A stretch of 58,774 nucleotides of DNA from Acidobacteriota bacterium (GTDB lineage Bacteria; Acidobacteriota; Polarisedimenticolia; JAPUKU01): the NCBI GenBank assembly GCA_027295505.1, contig JAPUKU010000215.1:1-58774 (forward strand), written 5' to 3'. The notes under the pieces are model-generated. The model was not told the DNA's origin. It saw only the letters and a program-made list of their open reading frames with translations, and ran no database searches. Of the stretch, positions 27,531 to 36,583 are shown in pieces. How positions within the stretch are numbered: the first letter of the stretch is position 1; every line of letters starts with the position of its first letter. A program made the translations under genes and the position numbers.

Positions 27531-27605
27531 TGGTAGGCGCGGGCGGTTTCGAACCGCCGACCTCTACCGTGTCAAGGTAGCGCTCTCCCCCTGAGCTACG
27601 CGCCT
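27531..27605 (-). tRNA. tRNA-Val (anticodon GAC), CCA encoded
   Basis: Hand-folded cloverleaf: acceptor AGGCGCG/CGCGCCU, D stem GCUC/GAGC, anticodon stem CUACC/GGUAG with loop UUGACAC, T arm GGCGG-UUCGAAA-CCGCC, discriminator A, then CCA. Confidence 0.88.
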
Positions 27606-27677
27606 GCAGGTCGAGTTGCCGTCTGCAACAACCTCCCACTAAAAGCAACATATCATCATAAGTATAAGCAAAGACAA

Positions 27678-27707
27678 ACTCTAGCAGAAGGGTCAAAGGA
27701 CTGTCAA
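27678..27707 (-). promoter_or_regulatory. sigma70-like promoter upstream of tRNA-Val/thrS
   Basis: On the minus strand: TTGACA (27707..27702), 18 nt, TAGAGT (27683..27678). It lies about 70 nt upstream of the tRNA 5' end. Confidence 0.35.
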
Positions 27708-27796
27708 CGAGCCGGACGGCCACCTTGCGCGCGCATGGCGCCCTCCTTTAAGATGAGCGGGTCGAGGGGGTTTTTTCCACCTCTGGGTTTTCCATC

Positions 27797-28825
27797 ATGT
27801 TAATTGTCATGGATCATCAGGCCCCCCCGGAGCTCGTCCGGGCGGTGGTCGAGAAAATCGAGTCGCTGGGGTATCGGGCCCATCCGATCCCGGGGGCGGA
27901 ACGCACGGCTATTGGCATCACCGGAAACAGGGAACCCCTGGATCCCGCTGTTTTTGAGGCCCTGGCTGGAGTTCGAGCCGCCATCCCCGTGACCCGCCCG
28001 TTCAAGCTCGTGAGCAGGGAAGTGAGGCTAGAGGGCTCGGTTGTGAAGGTGGGAGAGGCGGTTTTCGGCGAGGGGAGCTTCCCGGTCATCGCCGGTCCCT
28101 GTGCCGTTGAAGACAGGGAAATGATGATCGAGACCGCCTGCCGCCTTAGGGCGGCCGGTGCTCAGCTCCTGCGTGGAGGCGCGTTCAAGCCCCGTACATC
28201 GCCCTACTCTTTCCAGGGGTTGGGTGAGGAAGGGTTGCGGATCCTGCAGCAGGCCCGCGAAGCCAGTGGGCTACCCGTGGTGACTGAAGCCCTTGATGTC
28301 GAGTCGTTTCCGCTCGTCGAAGAGACGGCGGACATGATCCAGATTGGTGCCCGCAACATGCAGAACTTCGCCTTGCTGCGCCGCGCTGGCCGGGCCCGCA
28401 AGCCGGTGCTTCTCAAGCGCGGCATCTCGGCAACGCTCGAGGAGTGGCTGATGGCGGCCGAGTATGTCGTGGCGGAAGGCAACCACGAAGTGGTGCTGTG
28501 CGAACGCGGTGTGCGCACTTTCGCGGATCACTCCAGAAACACCCTCGACCTGAGCGTCATTCCGGCGGTAAAGCACCTCAGCCACCTGCCGATTGCGGTC
28601 GATCCGAGCCATGGAACCGGGCGGCGGGACCGCGTGATCCCCCTGGCCCGGGCTGCCCTGGCTGTCGGGGCCCACGGTCTCATGGTGGAGGTGCACCCGG
28701 AACCGGATCGGGCCCGATCGGATGGCGCCCAGTCGCTCGATCTCGAACAGTTCGCGAACTTGATGTCGCAGCTCAGGGCGATGGCTCCTGTACTGGGATA
28801 CAGGATCGGAGCGTCGGCGCCGTGA
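27797..28825 (+). CDS. aroF: 3-deoxy-7-phosphoheptulonate (DAHP) synthase, type I-beta with an N-terminal ferredoxin-like regulatory domain
   Basis: 342-aa ORF. The N-terminal domain of about 70 aa (LIVMDHQAPPELVRAVVEKIESLGYRAHPIPG) is followed by a KDO8PS/DAHPS-like barrel (GPCAVE, RGGAFKPRTSPYSFQGLG, DPSH). Confidence 0.9.
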   Translation: MLIVMDHQAPPELVRAVVEKIESLGYRAHPIPGAERTAIGITGNREPLDPAVFEALAGVRAAIPVTRPFKLVSREVRLEGSVVKVGEAVFGEGSFPVIAGPCAVEDREMMIETACRLRAAGAQLLRGGAFKPRTSPYSFQGLGEEGLRILQQAREASGLPVVTEALDVESFPLVEETADMIQIGARNMQNFALLRRAGRARKPVLLKRGISATLEEWLMAAEYVVAEGNHEVVLCERGVRTFADHSRNTLDLSVIPAVKHLSHLPIAVDPSHGTGRRDRVIPLARAALAVGAHGLMVEVHPEPDRARSDGAQSLDLEQFANLMSQLRAMAPVLGYRIGASAP

Positions 28826-29661
28826 AGCTGGGCGAGATCGAACTCCATATCATTCAGGACGGAAGCTTCGGACTGGACGGCGGGGCCATGTTCGGCATCG
28901 TGCCCCGTCCTCTGTGGAGCCGCACTAAGGTTCCAGACACAGCCAACCGAATCCGCCTGAGCCTTAACTGCGTTCTGGTCAGGACCGCTGATCGCACGAT
29001 CCTCGTCGAGGCCGGGCTCGGTCGCTCTCTGCCGCCCGGCTTCGGTGAGCACCTGGCCTGCGAGGAGGTGGGGCGGCTCGAGGAGCGGCTGGCGGAGCTG
29101 GATGTCGGAGCGGCCGATGTGGATGTGCTGATCCTCTCGCACCTGCATTTCGACCACGCCGGGGGGGCGACCTGGCTGGCGGAGGACGGGCGTTGGCACC
29201 CGACGTTTCCGAACGCTGAGGTGTGGGTTCAGCGTGGGGAATGGGAGAACGCGTGCCGGCCGAATGAGCGAACGCGGGCAGCCTACAGGCCGGAGTCGCT
29301 AAGACCCCTGGAGGCGGAAGGCCGCGTCAGGTTTCTCGATGGCCCGGTAAGAGTGGCTCCGGGTGTCAGGCTCGAGGTGCTGGGTGGGCACACGCCTCAC
29401 ATGATGGGTGTCTGGGTCGAAGCGGCCGGAGCGACGGTGTTCTTTGCGTCCGATCTTGTGCCGACCACGGCCCACCTGAGATACCCTTATATTGCGGCTT
29501 ACGATCTGGACCCGCTGACTACGCTCGAGACAAAGCAGCGTCTCCTTCCGGTTGCCGCCCGTGAAGGATGGTGGTGGATATTCGCGCACGATGAGAGACC
29601 CATGGCACGGCTCGAGGAAGATGAGAAGGGACACATACGGCCGTGTGAGGAGGCTCGGTGA
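28822..29661 (+). CDS. MBL-fold metallo-hydrolase
   Basis: Track ORF 28444..29661 trimmed to GTG 28822, which overlaps the aroF stop as GTGA. It carries the HxHxDH motif SHLHFDHAGG. Confidence 0.75.
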   Translation: MKLGEIELHIIQDGSFGLDGGAMFGIVPRPLWSRTKVPDTANRIRLSLNCVLVRTADRTILVEAGLGRSLPPGFGEHLACEEVGRLEERLAELDVGAADVDVLILSHLHFDHAGGATWLAEDGRWHPTFPNAEVWVQRGEWENACRPNERTRAAYRPESLRPLEAEGRVRFLDGPVRVAPGVRLEVLGGHTPHMMGVWVEAAGATVFFASDLVPTTAHLRYPYIAAYDLDPLTTLETKQRLLPVAAREGWWWIFAHDERPMARLEEDEKGHIRPCEEAR

Positions 29662-30755
29662 AACCTGCGTGTCTGGCGCTTGAGGATGGCCGGCTCTTCC
29701 GCGGCCATGCTTTCGGCGCAGAGGGCGAACGGTCCGGGGAGGTGGTGTTCAACACCGCCATGACCGGTTACCAGGAGGTGCTCACTGATCCCTCCTACAG
29801 CGGCCAGATCGTGGTCATGACCTACCCGGAGATCGGGAACTATGGTGTCAGTGATGAGGCGCTCGAGTCGCGGAGCCCGAAGGTCGAAGGATTCGTGGTG
29901 CGCAATTTCAGCGCTCAACCCTCCCATGCCCGCGCGACCGGCGGGCTCGAGGAATATCTCAAGCAGCATGGTGTCATCGGCATTTCAGACGTGGATACGC
30001 GCGCCCTCACACGGCACATTCGCTCGCTGGGCGCGATGCGAGGCGTGCTCTCGACGACCGATCTCGATGCGGACTCTCTCACGAGAAAGGCAAAGGGAGC
30101 GCCGCGCCTTCAGGATGTCGACTGGGTCGGGCGCGTCACCTGCGGGCGGCCGTTCTGGTGGAGTGACGGTAAGAGCCGAAAGGATGCTCCACTCGTCGTG
30201 GTTTACGATTTCGGCGCCAAGTGGAACATCTTCCGGTTGCTCGTGGAGGCAGGTGCACGGGTGAGAGTCGTGCCCGCCACGACTCCGGCGGCTCAGGTGC
30301 TCGAGCAGCGGCCCCGGGGGGTGCTGCTTTCGAACGGGCCGGGCGATCCGGAGGTCCTCGAGACCCCGATCCGGGAGGTGCGGGCACTGCTCGGGCGCGT
30401 GCCCGTGCTCGGAATCTGTCTGGGGCACCAGATTCTCGGCCGCGCGCTTGGAGCCCGGACCTTCAAGCTCAAGTTTGGCCATCACGGCGCCAACCAGCCG
30501 GTGAAGGATCTCCGCAGCGGGAAGGTGGAGGTAACCTCCCAGAACCACGGCTATGCGGTGGATGCGGAGAAGCTGCCCTCCGATGTGGAGGTAACGCACA
30601 TCAACCTGAACGACGACACCCTGGAGGGGTTCCGGCACCGGACCCACCCCACCCTCGCCGTTCAGTACCATCCGGAAGCTTCACCGGGCCCCCATGACTC
30701 CCGGTATCTGTTCCAGGATTTTCTAAAGATGGTGAACGAAGGGCTTTCAGGCTGA
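29658..30755 (+). CDS. carA: carbamoyl-phosphate synthase small (glutaminase) subunit
   Basis: 365-aa ORF with GEVVFNTAMTGYQEVLTDPSYSGQIV and the GATase triad region (GICLGHQ, HHGANQPV). GTG 29658 follows GAGGAGG and overlaps the upstream stop. Confidence 0.92.
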   Translation: MKPACLALEDGRLFRGHAFGAEGERSGEVVFNTAMTGYQEVLTDPSYSGQIVVMTYPEIGNYGVSDEALESRSPKVEGFVVRNFSAQPSHARATGGLEEYLKQHGVIGISDVDTRALTRHIRSLGAMRGVLSTTDLDADSLTRKAKGAPRLQDVDWVGRVTCGRPFWWSDGKSRKDAPLVVVYDFGAKWNIFRLLVEAGARVRVVPATTPAAQVLEQRPRGVLLSNGPGDPEVLETPIREVRALLGRVPVLGICLGHQILGRALGARTFKLKFGHHGANQPVKDLRSGKVEVTSQNHGYAVDAEKLPSDVEVTHINLNDDTLEGFRHRTHPTLAVQYHPEASPGPHDSRYLFQDFLKMVNEGLSG

Positions 30756-30899
30756 TGCCCGAAGGCGTGGCTGGTCCGGGGTGGATCAAAGGGTGCTCAC
30801 GGGAGGCTGAGGGGCCAATCAAATAAGAAGTAAAGCTTTTAACTTCAGTAGGTTACACGTTTTAAACGCCGCTGTTTATTTTCCACGGCGGCCAGGAGC

Positions 30900-30929
30900 T
30901 TGACTGGCTTTCCGCTCCGGCAGTAGTAT
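30900..30929 (+). promoter_or_regulatory. sigma70-like promoter starting a leader or sRNA of about 265 nt upstream of the aminotransferase gene
   Basis: TTGACT (30900-30905), 18 nt, TAGTAT (30924-30929). Confidence 0.3.
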
Positions 30930-31028
30930 CTTTAGTGATACGGGGGAGCGGACAGAGCGCTTTCAGAGGCTCGGACCCGACCTCCAGACCCACGTATGAT
31001 AGCCGACTTATCCGGTCTCTCCGCTTTT

Positions 31029-31060
31029 GAGTCCCAGCAGCAGCTGGGACTCCATCTTCT
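31029..31060 (+). terminator. strong hairpin inside the leader (possible attenuator or sRNA 3' end)
   Basis: GAGTCCCAGC-AGCA-GCTGGGACTC is a perfect 10-bp stem (31029-31052). It is followed by CATCTTCT, which is pyrimidine-rich but not a clean U-tract. Confidence 0.3.
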
Positions 31061-31201
31061 GCGCGACTCTTAGGTTTCCTGACGACAAGGTACTGTCCGA
31101 AGCGCGGCCAGCCCGCTTCGGACCTGCGGCCAATCCGGTAAAACTGGCCGGGAACCCGCCCGGGCGCCGCATTCACCAAATTTCAGGAATCCGAGGTCGC
31201 C

Positions 31202-32581
31202 ATGCAACTCTCACAACCCCGCCCAGATCCCGCTCAGCAGCGCATGAGCCGGGAGGAAGTCATTCGAGAATCCCAGCGCTGGCTTGATCTGCTGTCGTCT
31301 CCCACGCTCAACGAATACCAGAAGCGGCGGGTTGTCCAGGACACCGTCGACAACTTCGATGATTACTTCAATCGGGGATTCGTCGACTACCGCAAATCGG
31401 TCACCGAGTCGGACGGCTATGCGGCCGTCGAGTGGGCCGGACGGGGGGATGTTATTGAGGACATCCTCGGCCGTCGCTACCTCGATTGCCTGGGCGGCTT
31501 CGGTATTTACTCCTGCGGCATCCGCCATCCGAAAATCATCAGCGCTGTCAGAGCACAGCTCGAGCGCATGCCAATGTCCTCCCAGGAGCTTCTCGATCCG
31601 CTGCGCGGTGCGCTGGCCCAGCTGCTAGGCGAGATCACTCCCGGAGATCTCCAGAAGTGCTTCTTCATCAACAATGGCACGGATGCGGTCGAAGGCGCCA
31701 TGAAGCTGGCACGCCTTTACACCGGACGCAGCGGCTTCATCTCCTGCCTGGGGGGCTTCCACGGCAAGTCCTACGGATCGCTGTCGTTAATGGGCAAGGC
31801 CGAGTACCGAGTGCCGTTCGAGCCGCTGCTTCAGGACGTGTATTTCGTGCCGTTTGGTGACGCGGGTGCGGTGGAAAACGAGTTGAAGAAGGCACAACAG
31901 GTGGGATTCGATGTGGCCGCGGTCATGGCCGAGCCGGTGCAGGGCGAGGCCGGCGCGGTAGTGCCGCCGGACGACTACTGGCCCCGCCTGAGAGAGATTT
32001 GCTCTCACTACGAGGTGCTTCTGATCGCCGACGAGGTGCAGACAGGCCTCGGACGGACGGGGGCGCTGTGGGGGGTTGACCACTGGGATGTGGCTCCCGA
32101 TATCTTGTGCGTCGGTAAGGCGATTGGCGGTGGCGTGATGCCGCTGTCGGCATTCATCTCGACGCCCGAGATCTGGAAGGTGCTTGAAAAGAATCCGTCG
32201 ATCCACTCGACGACGTTCGGGGGGAATCCTTTGGCCTGCGCGGCGGGGATAGCGGCGATCAACGTTGTCCTTGAGGAGGATCTTCCCGCCAAGGCGGCCG
32301 AGACCGGCGCCTACCTGCTGGCGGAGTTTGAGAAACTGCGCCAGCTCTTCCCGGATGTGTGGCTCGAGGTGCGGGGCAAGGGACTCCTGATCGGCCTGGA
32401 ATTCGTGGACTCGGAGTTCGGCTACGCGGTGGCGGCCGGGCTGTTCAAGCGCGGGGTCCTGGTATCGGGCACGCTGATCAACGCCAAGACCCTTCGCATC
32501 GAGCCGGCACTTGACTTCAGCCGCGAGCGTTGCGACGAAGTCCTGGCGAAGCTCAAGGATACCCTCACGGATCTGACCTGA
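31202..32581 (+). CDS. patA: class III PLP-dependent aminotransferase, putrescine aminotransferase (YgjG/PatA)-like
   Basis: 459-aa ORF that, from memory, looks collinear with E. coli YgjG along its length. Shared-looking segments include YRKSVTE..AVEW, DCLGGFGI, SQELLDP, GFHGKS, DEVQTGLGRTG, PDILCVGKAIGGGVMP, TTFGGNPLACAA and NAKTLRIEP. Confidence 0.8.
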   Translation: MQLSQPRPDPAQQRMSREEVIRESQRWLDLLSSPTLNEYQKRRVVQDTVDNFDDYFNRGFVDYRKSVTESDGYAAVEWAGRGDVIEDILGRRYLDCLGGFGIYSCGIRHPKIISAVRAQLERMPMSSQELLDPLRGALAQLLGEITPGDLQKCFFINNGTDAVEGAMKLARLYTGRSGFISCLGGFHGKSYGSLSLMGKAEYRVPFEPLLQDVYFVPFGDAGAVENELKKAQQVGFDVAAVMAEPVQGEAGAVVPPDDYWPRLREICSHYEVLLIADEVQTGLGRTGALWGVDHWDVAPDILCVGKAIGGGVMPLSAFISTPEIWKVLEKNPSIHSTTFGGNPLACAAGIAAINVVLEEDLPAKAAETGAYLLAEFEKLRQLFPDVWLEVRGKGLLIGLEFVDSEFGYAVAAGLFKRGVLVSGTLINAKTLRIEPALDFSRERCDEVLAKLKDTLTDLT

Positions 32582-34181
32582 TGCGCCGCCGGCGCTTCTT
32601 CTGGACCGGCTCCAAAGTCATCTCCATCGCCCGGTAATCGAGCGTGGTGTCGTACCGGGATAGATAATCGGCCCCCAGCAGCAGCTCCACATCCGTGCCC
32701 AGGTAGGCCCCGAAGAGCGACAGATCGGCTTCGAACAGGATCGAGTTCTGCACTACAAGATCACCAAGGTTCAGGCGCGAGACGTGAATGGGCTTCGCCT
32801 CCTTCACCTCTCCGACAACTCCCGACAACGAAAAGGTCATTCCCTCGAAAAGCATGGGGCGCCGCTGTGGAATCTCGCGCACCAGCGATACATCCAGGAT
32901 GGTGGCGCCACTGCCGGAGTCGAGCATTGCGTGCCTGGACCGGCCATTCAGATACAGGTGAACGAGAAGGTGCTCCTCGATCTCGAAGAATCGGCGCGGT
33001 TCGGATCCCTCGGGCAGCAGATCCACCCGGCTGCCAAGCAAAAGCTTGCGTCTCGACACATCGAAGCGCACGGCTTCGGTGCCGATGGACCTCGGGTTAA
33101 ACAAGCCGTCTCCTTTTGGAAGTGACTCGAGGACGGTCACCGGCACGTCATGGAGTGTCAGCGGACCCAGCTTCATCTGTTTCAGAAGCCCCAGCCGGGC
33201 TCTGGGAGCGCGCTCGGAACCCAGGCCGCTGATGCTGAGCGGGCCGAAAGTCTGCACGCCCGCCCTCCGCGCCACCTCCTCTGTGAGCTTGAGCCCGCTG
33301 GTGCCCGTGTCCAGGAGAAGGCGCACGTTTATCTGATCCCCGATCTGCGCCCCCACGGTAGCGAAATGCTGGGCGTCTATACGCATTGGCACGGATACCG
33401 GGCTCAAGTGTGGCTGTGCTTGCCAGAATTTTCGTCCTTCTATCTCCCGGCATAGAGCAGCCCAGCTCTGGATCCGGGAGTCATCGGGAAAACGCTCCGA
33501 GAGACGGCGCAGAGCATCGTCCCTGCGCTTCGGATTGCGCAGCCGAAGCGCCGCTTCCATCGCCGCTCTCGCATCGTCCGGCTCACCTCTGACCGCGCGG
33601 CGGTAATTGCGCTGGGCGCGCATGTAGTGTCCTTCCGCAGCGTGGAGAGTGGCGAGCTCCGTACGCAGGCCGGTCCGATCAGGTTCGAGCTCGAGGGCGC
33701 TCTTGAGATGCTTTCGTGCCTCTTCCAGATCTCCACGCCAGCGCGCCAGCCTGGCCAGCCAGCGATAGGGTTCAATCGAACTGGGATCGAGCTCGCTGGC
33801 ATGGGCAGCGTGCTCCTTTACCCGCAGGTCCTGTCCCAGATAAAAATAGATTTCTGTGGCCAGTAGCTGTACCGGGAACTGGTCGGGGGCCCTCCGAAGC
33901 AGACGCTCCAGCTCGCTGACCGCCGTGTCATAGGCCTTGCGCGCCATCAGCACCTGAATGTTCACGGTGATGACCCGGACAGCCACCTCTTCGGCCGATT
34001 CAGCCGGGGCACCGGCATCCGGGCTGCCATCCAGCAATAGGAATGGCTCGTTCTGAGCTATCGTTTCGTGAATGCGCAGGGAGCCCACGATCCCAAAAAT
34101 GAAAAGACCGACCAGAACCCGTGATCCGTAGTGTCGGCGGTGAGGTTGCCCGGGGCTGTGGGGTATCTCGGGCCTCGGCAA
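32565..34181 (-). CDS. TPR-repeat protein fused to two retropepsin-like aspartyl-protease domains
   Basis: 538-aa ORF with an N-terminal TM/signal segment and TPR-like repeats. Two D(T/S)G active-site motifs are present: LLLDTGTSGLKLT and AMLDSGSGATILD. Confidence 0.65.
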   Translation of the reverse strand: MPRPEIPHSPGQPHRRHYGSRVLVGLFIFGIVGSLRIHETIAQNEPFLLLDGSPDAGAPAESAEEVAVRVITVNIQVLMARKAYDTAVSELERLLRRAPDQFPVQLLATEIYFYLGQDLRVKEHAAHASELDPSSIEPYRWLARLARWRGDLEEARKHLKSALELEPDRTGLRTELATLHAAEGHYMRAQRNYRRAVRGEPDDARAAMEAALRLRNPKRRDDALRRLSERFPDDSRIQSWAALCREIEGRKFWQAQPHLSPVSVPMRIDAQHFATVGAQIGDQINVRLLLDTGTSGLKLTEEVARRAGVQTFGPLSISGLGSERAPRARLGLLKQMKLGPLTLHDVPVTVLESLPKGDGLFNPRSIGTEAVRFDVSRRKLLLGSRVDLLPEGSEPRRFFEIEEHLLVHLYLNGRSRHAMLDSGSGATILDVSLVREIPQRRPMLFEGMTFSLSGVVGEVKEAKPIHVSRLNLGDLVVQNSILFEADLSLFGAYLGTDVELLLGADYLSRYDTTLDYRAMEMTLEPVQKKRRRRIRSDP

Positions 34182-34193
34182 GGAAAAACCCGT

Positions 34194-34871
34194 TTAATCG
34201 AAGGTGTGCCTGCCCGCGAGCCTGTGGGCGGCCTGCAGAACTTCGGCGATCTTAGGATCGGAGGGGCGCAGGCAGACGGCGGCGCGCGCATGCTTGAGTG
34301 CCTCACCGGGTCGGCTAAGTCGCAGCAGGCACAGCGCCAGATCAGCCTGTGCCCAGGCGTGCGTAGGGGAGAGCGAGATGGCCCGTCGGAGGAACTTCTC
34401 ACCCAGCAGATCCCATCCTTGCTGGTGCAGGCACCAGCCCAGGGCCCGGTGGTATTCGGCGCTTCGGGGATTGAGCAGGCAGGCCCTGCGCAGAGCGCGA
34501 TTGGCGGTCCGCCAGCGTCCCCGCTGCGACTGAGCGTAACCGTGCAGGTAGTGCAGATAGTCATGGCCGGGGAAGAGGCGGAGTCCCCAGCGAATGGTTA
34601 TCAGGGCCCGGGGCAGGTCATCCGTGGCAAGGTATAGATCCGCAAGCTGGCAAAGCGCGTAACGCCTCGCCGCCGAGTTGCGCCGCCCCCGGCGCAGCAA
34701 CCGCATCAGATCTCGGATCGCTTGCGTCGGGCGGTTCTCGGCGCAAGCCCGCTCGATCCGGCTGATCAGGTGGTCGACAATGGTGACCACGCGCCCGGAG
34801 CCGGTGCTGGATATGGCTGTGATCAGTGTCTCTGCCATGTGGCTGCGCCATCGGCGGCGCCAAGTGGGCAC
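34194..34871 (-). CDS. tetratricopeptide repeat protein
   Basis: 225-aa ORF with repeated A/L/Y-rich 34-residue units (e.g. LCQLADLYLATDDLPRALITIRWGLRLFPGH, EYHRALGWCLHQQGWDLLGEKFLRRAISLSP). Confidence 0.6.
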   Translation of the reverse strand: MPTWRRRWRSHMAETLITAISSTGSGRVVTIVDHLISRIERACAENRPTQAIRDLMRLLRRGRRNSAARRYALCQLADLYLATDDLPRALITIRWGLRLFPGHDYLHYLHGYAQSQRGRWRTANRALRRACLLNPRSAEYHRALGWCLHQQGWDLLGEKFLRRAISLSPTHAWAQADLALCLLRLSRPGEALKHARAAVCLRPSDPKIAEVLQAAHRLAGRHTFD

Positions 34872-34978
34872 GGGGGTTTAGCGATGTTCTCTGAAAGTAA
34901 AATTATAGCACACCGTCACGCACCCGCACCAGCGGTCATGTGCTACCATAGCGCCTCCCGCAGCCGGATGCCTCGCTC

Positions 34979-36583
34979 GTGAGATCTTCCAGAACCACCG
35001 CCGTTTTTTCCATCTTGAGAGTTCTCTGGGCCTCCCTGGCCCTGCTGTTGGTCGTTTGTGTCGCCACTCCGTTGAAAGGCGCGCTGGACGCGCCCCTATG
35101 GGCCGCACTCGGCCAGTCTTTGAAGCAGCAGGTGAAGGTACACCGCCTTGCCAACGGCATGACGTTCATTCTCCTGGAACGGCACGACGCGCCCATCTTT
35201 GGAGGCGTGATCCGGTTCCGCGTCGGAGGTGTGGACGAGGATCCGGGTAAGAGCGGCCTGGCGCACCTGTTCGAGCACCTGGCCTTCAAGGGAACGCGGC
35301 ACATCGGCACCCGGGAACCAGACCGGGAAGCCACGGCGCTGAAGCAGCTCGAGGAGGCGGTGGATCAGGTCCTGGCCGGGGAAAGCCGTGAGCCGGTAGA
35401 TGAGCAAAAGCTGGAGAAGGCACGCCAGCGCGTTACCGAACGGCAGGAAGCACATCGAAAGCTTCTTGTTCCGGAAGAGTTCTCGCAGCTTTACACCGCC
35501 AACGGCGCCAAGGGACTGAATGCGACCACGAACAAAGATCTCACCAGCTACTTTGTCAGCCTGCCGGCCAACCGGCTCGAGTTCTGGTGCCTGATGGAAT
35601 CGGAGCGCCTTCGGGACGGTGTACTCCGCGAGTTCTATTCCGAGCGCGACGTGGTCATCGAAGAACGGCTGCGCGGGGTTGAGACACGTCCCTTCGGGAA
35701 ACTGTACGAGGAGTTTCTAATTGGAGCGTATGGGGAGGCGCCCTACGGTATTCCTACCGTCGGCTGGCTGGGAGACTTGGAAGGATTGCGCACGGCGGAC
35801 GCCGAGGCGTTTCGCGCGCGCCACTACCGGCCCGAAAACGCGGTGGCAGCGCTGGTGGGGGATTTCAAGATTCCCGAGGCAATCCGCCTGATCGAGCGCT
35901 ACTTCGGCAGCTGGCGGGTCCTGGGTCCGGTGCCGGGAAAGAAAACGGTGATCGATGCAGACGGAGATCCGCCCGAGCGGCCGGTGCGCCTGGAAGTTCC
36001 GTTCAACTCGCAGCCATACCTGCTGGTGGGGTTTGACAAGCCGGCTGCGCCGCACCCGGATGCCGCCGCGTTCGACGTTCTTCATGAGCTGCTGGAAGGG
36101 GGTCGTTCCTCGCGGCTGTACCGCAGTCTGGTGTTGGAGCGGCAGGTCGCTCTAAACGTGTTCACGTTCGAGGGGCCGGGCCAGCGGTTTGCCAATCTGT
36201 TCATTGTCGGAGCCGTCTCCCAGGGGCCCCACTCGGCAGCGGACGTGGAGGAAGCAATCCTGGAGGAGTTTGCGCAGCTGGCAAAGGAGCCGGTTGGGAA
36301 GCAGGAGTTAACGAAGGCTCTGAATGCCCTGAGAGCTTCTTTCGTTAACGATCTGGACTCCCTGCTGGGTCTGGCGCTGCAGCTGAGCTATCACCAGAGC
36401 CTCTACGGTGATTGGCGCCAGATGCTGCGCTCCCTGGAAGCGGCATTAGCGGTGACGCCCGCTGATATCCAGAAGCTCGCGGCTCGCTACCTTCTGGCTT
36501 CTCGCCGGGTCTCGGCGGAGATTGTGCCCCTGTCGCCGGCCCCGGAGGTGGAAAAGGAAGTGGCGCCAGGAGAGACGCTGTGA
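34979..36583 (+). CDS. M16 (pitrilysin/insulinase) family peptidase, catalytic subunit, secreted
   Basis: 534-aa ORF with a signal peptide and the inverted zinc motif HxxEH in GLAHLFEHLAFKGT. Confidence 0.85.
   Translation: MRSSRTTAVFSILRVLWASLALLLVVCVATPLKGALDAPLWAALGQSLKQQVKVHRLANGMTFILLERHDAPIFGGVIRFRVGGVDEDPGKSGLAHLFEHLAFKGTRHIGTREPDREATALKQLEEAVDQVLAGESREPVDEQKLEKARQRVTERQEAHRKLLVPEEFSQLYTANGAKGLNATTNKDLTSYFVSLPANRLEFWCLMESERLRDGVLREFYSERDVVIEERLRGVETRPFGKLYEEFLIGAYGEAPYGIPTVGWLGDLEGLRTADAEAFRARHYRPENAVAALVGDFKIPEAIRLIERYFGSWRVLGPVPGKKTVIDADGDPPERPVRLEVPFNSQPYLLVGFDKPAAPHPDAAAFDVLHELLEGGRSSRLYRSLVLERQVALNVFTFEGPGQRFANLFIVGAVSQGPHSAADVEEAILEEFAQLAKEPVGKQELTKALNALRASFVNDLDSLLGLALQLSYHQSLYGDWRQMLRSLEAALAVTPADIQKLAARYLLASRRVSAEIVPLSPAPEVEKEVAPGETL

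Noticed and set aside
31070-31180. Superficial resemblance of the patA leader (UUAGGUUUCCUG, GUCCGAAGCG, CCGGUAAAACUGGCCGGGAA) to ykkC/guanidine-I type riboswitch blocks
   Set aside because: The GUCCGAAGCG block here is simply one arm of a perfect local hairpin, and the other blocks differ at conserved positions as I remember them. This cannot be supported without a covariance-model scan.
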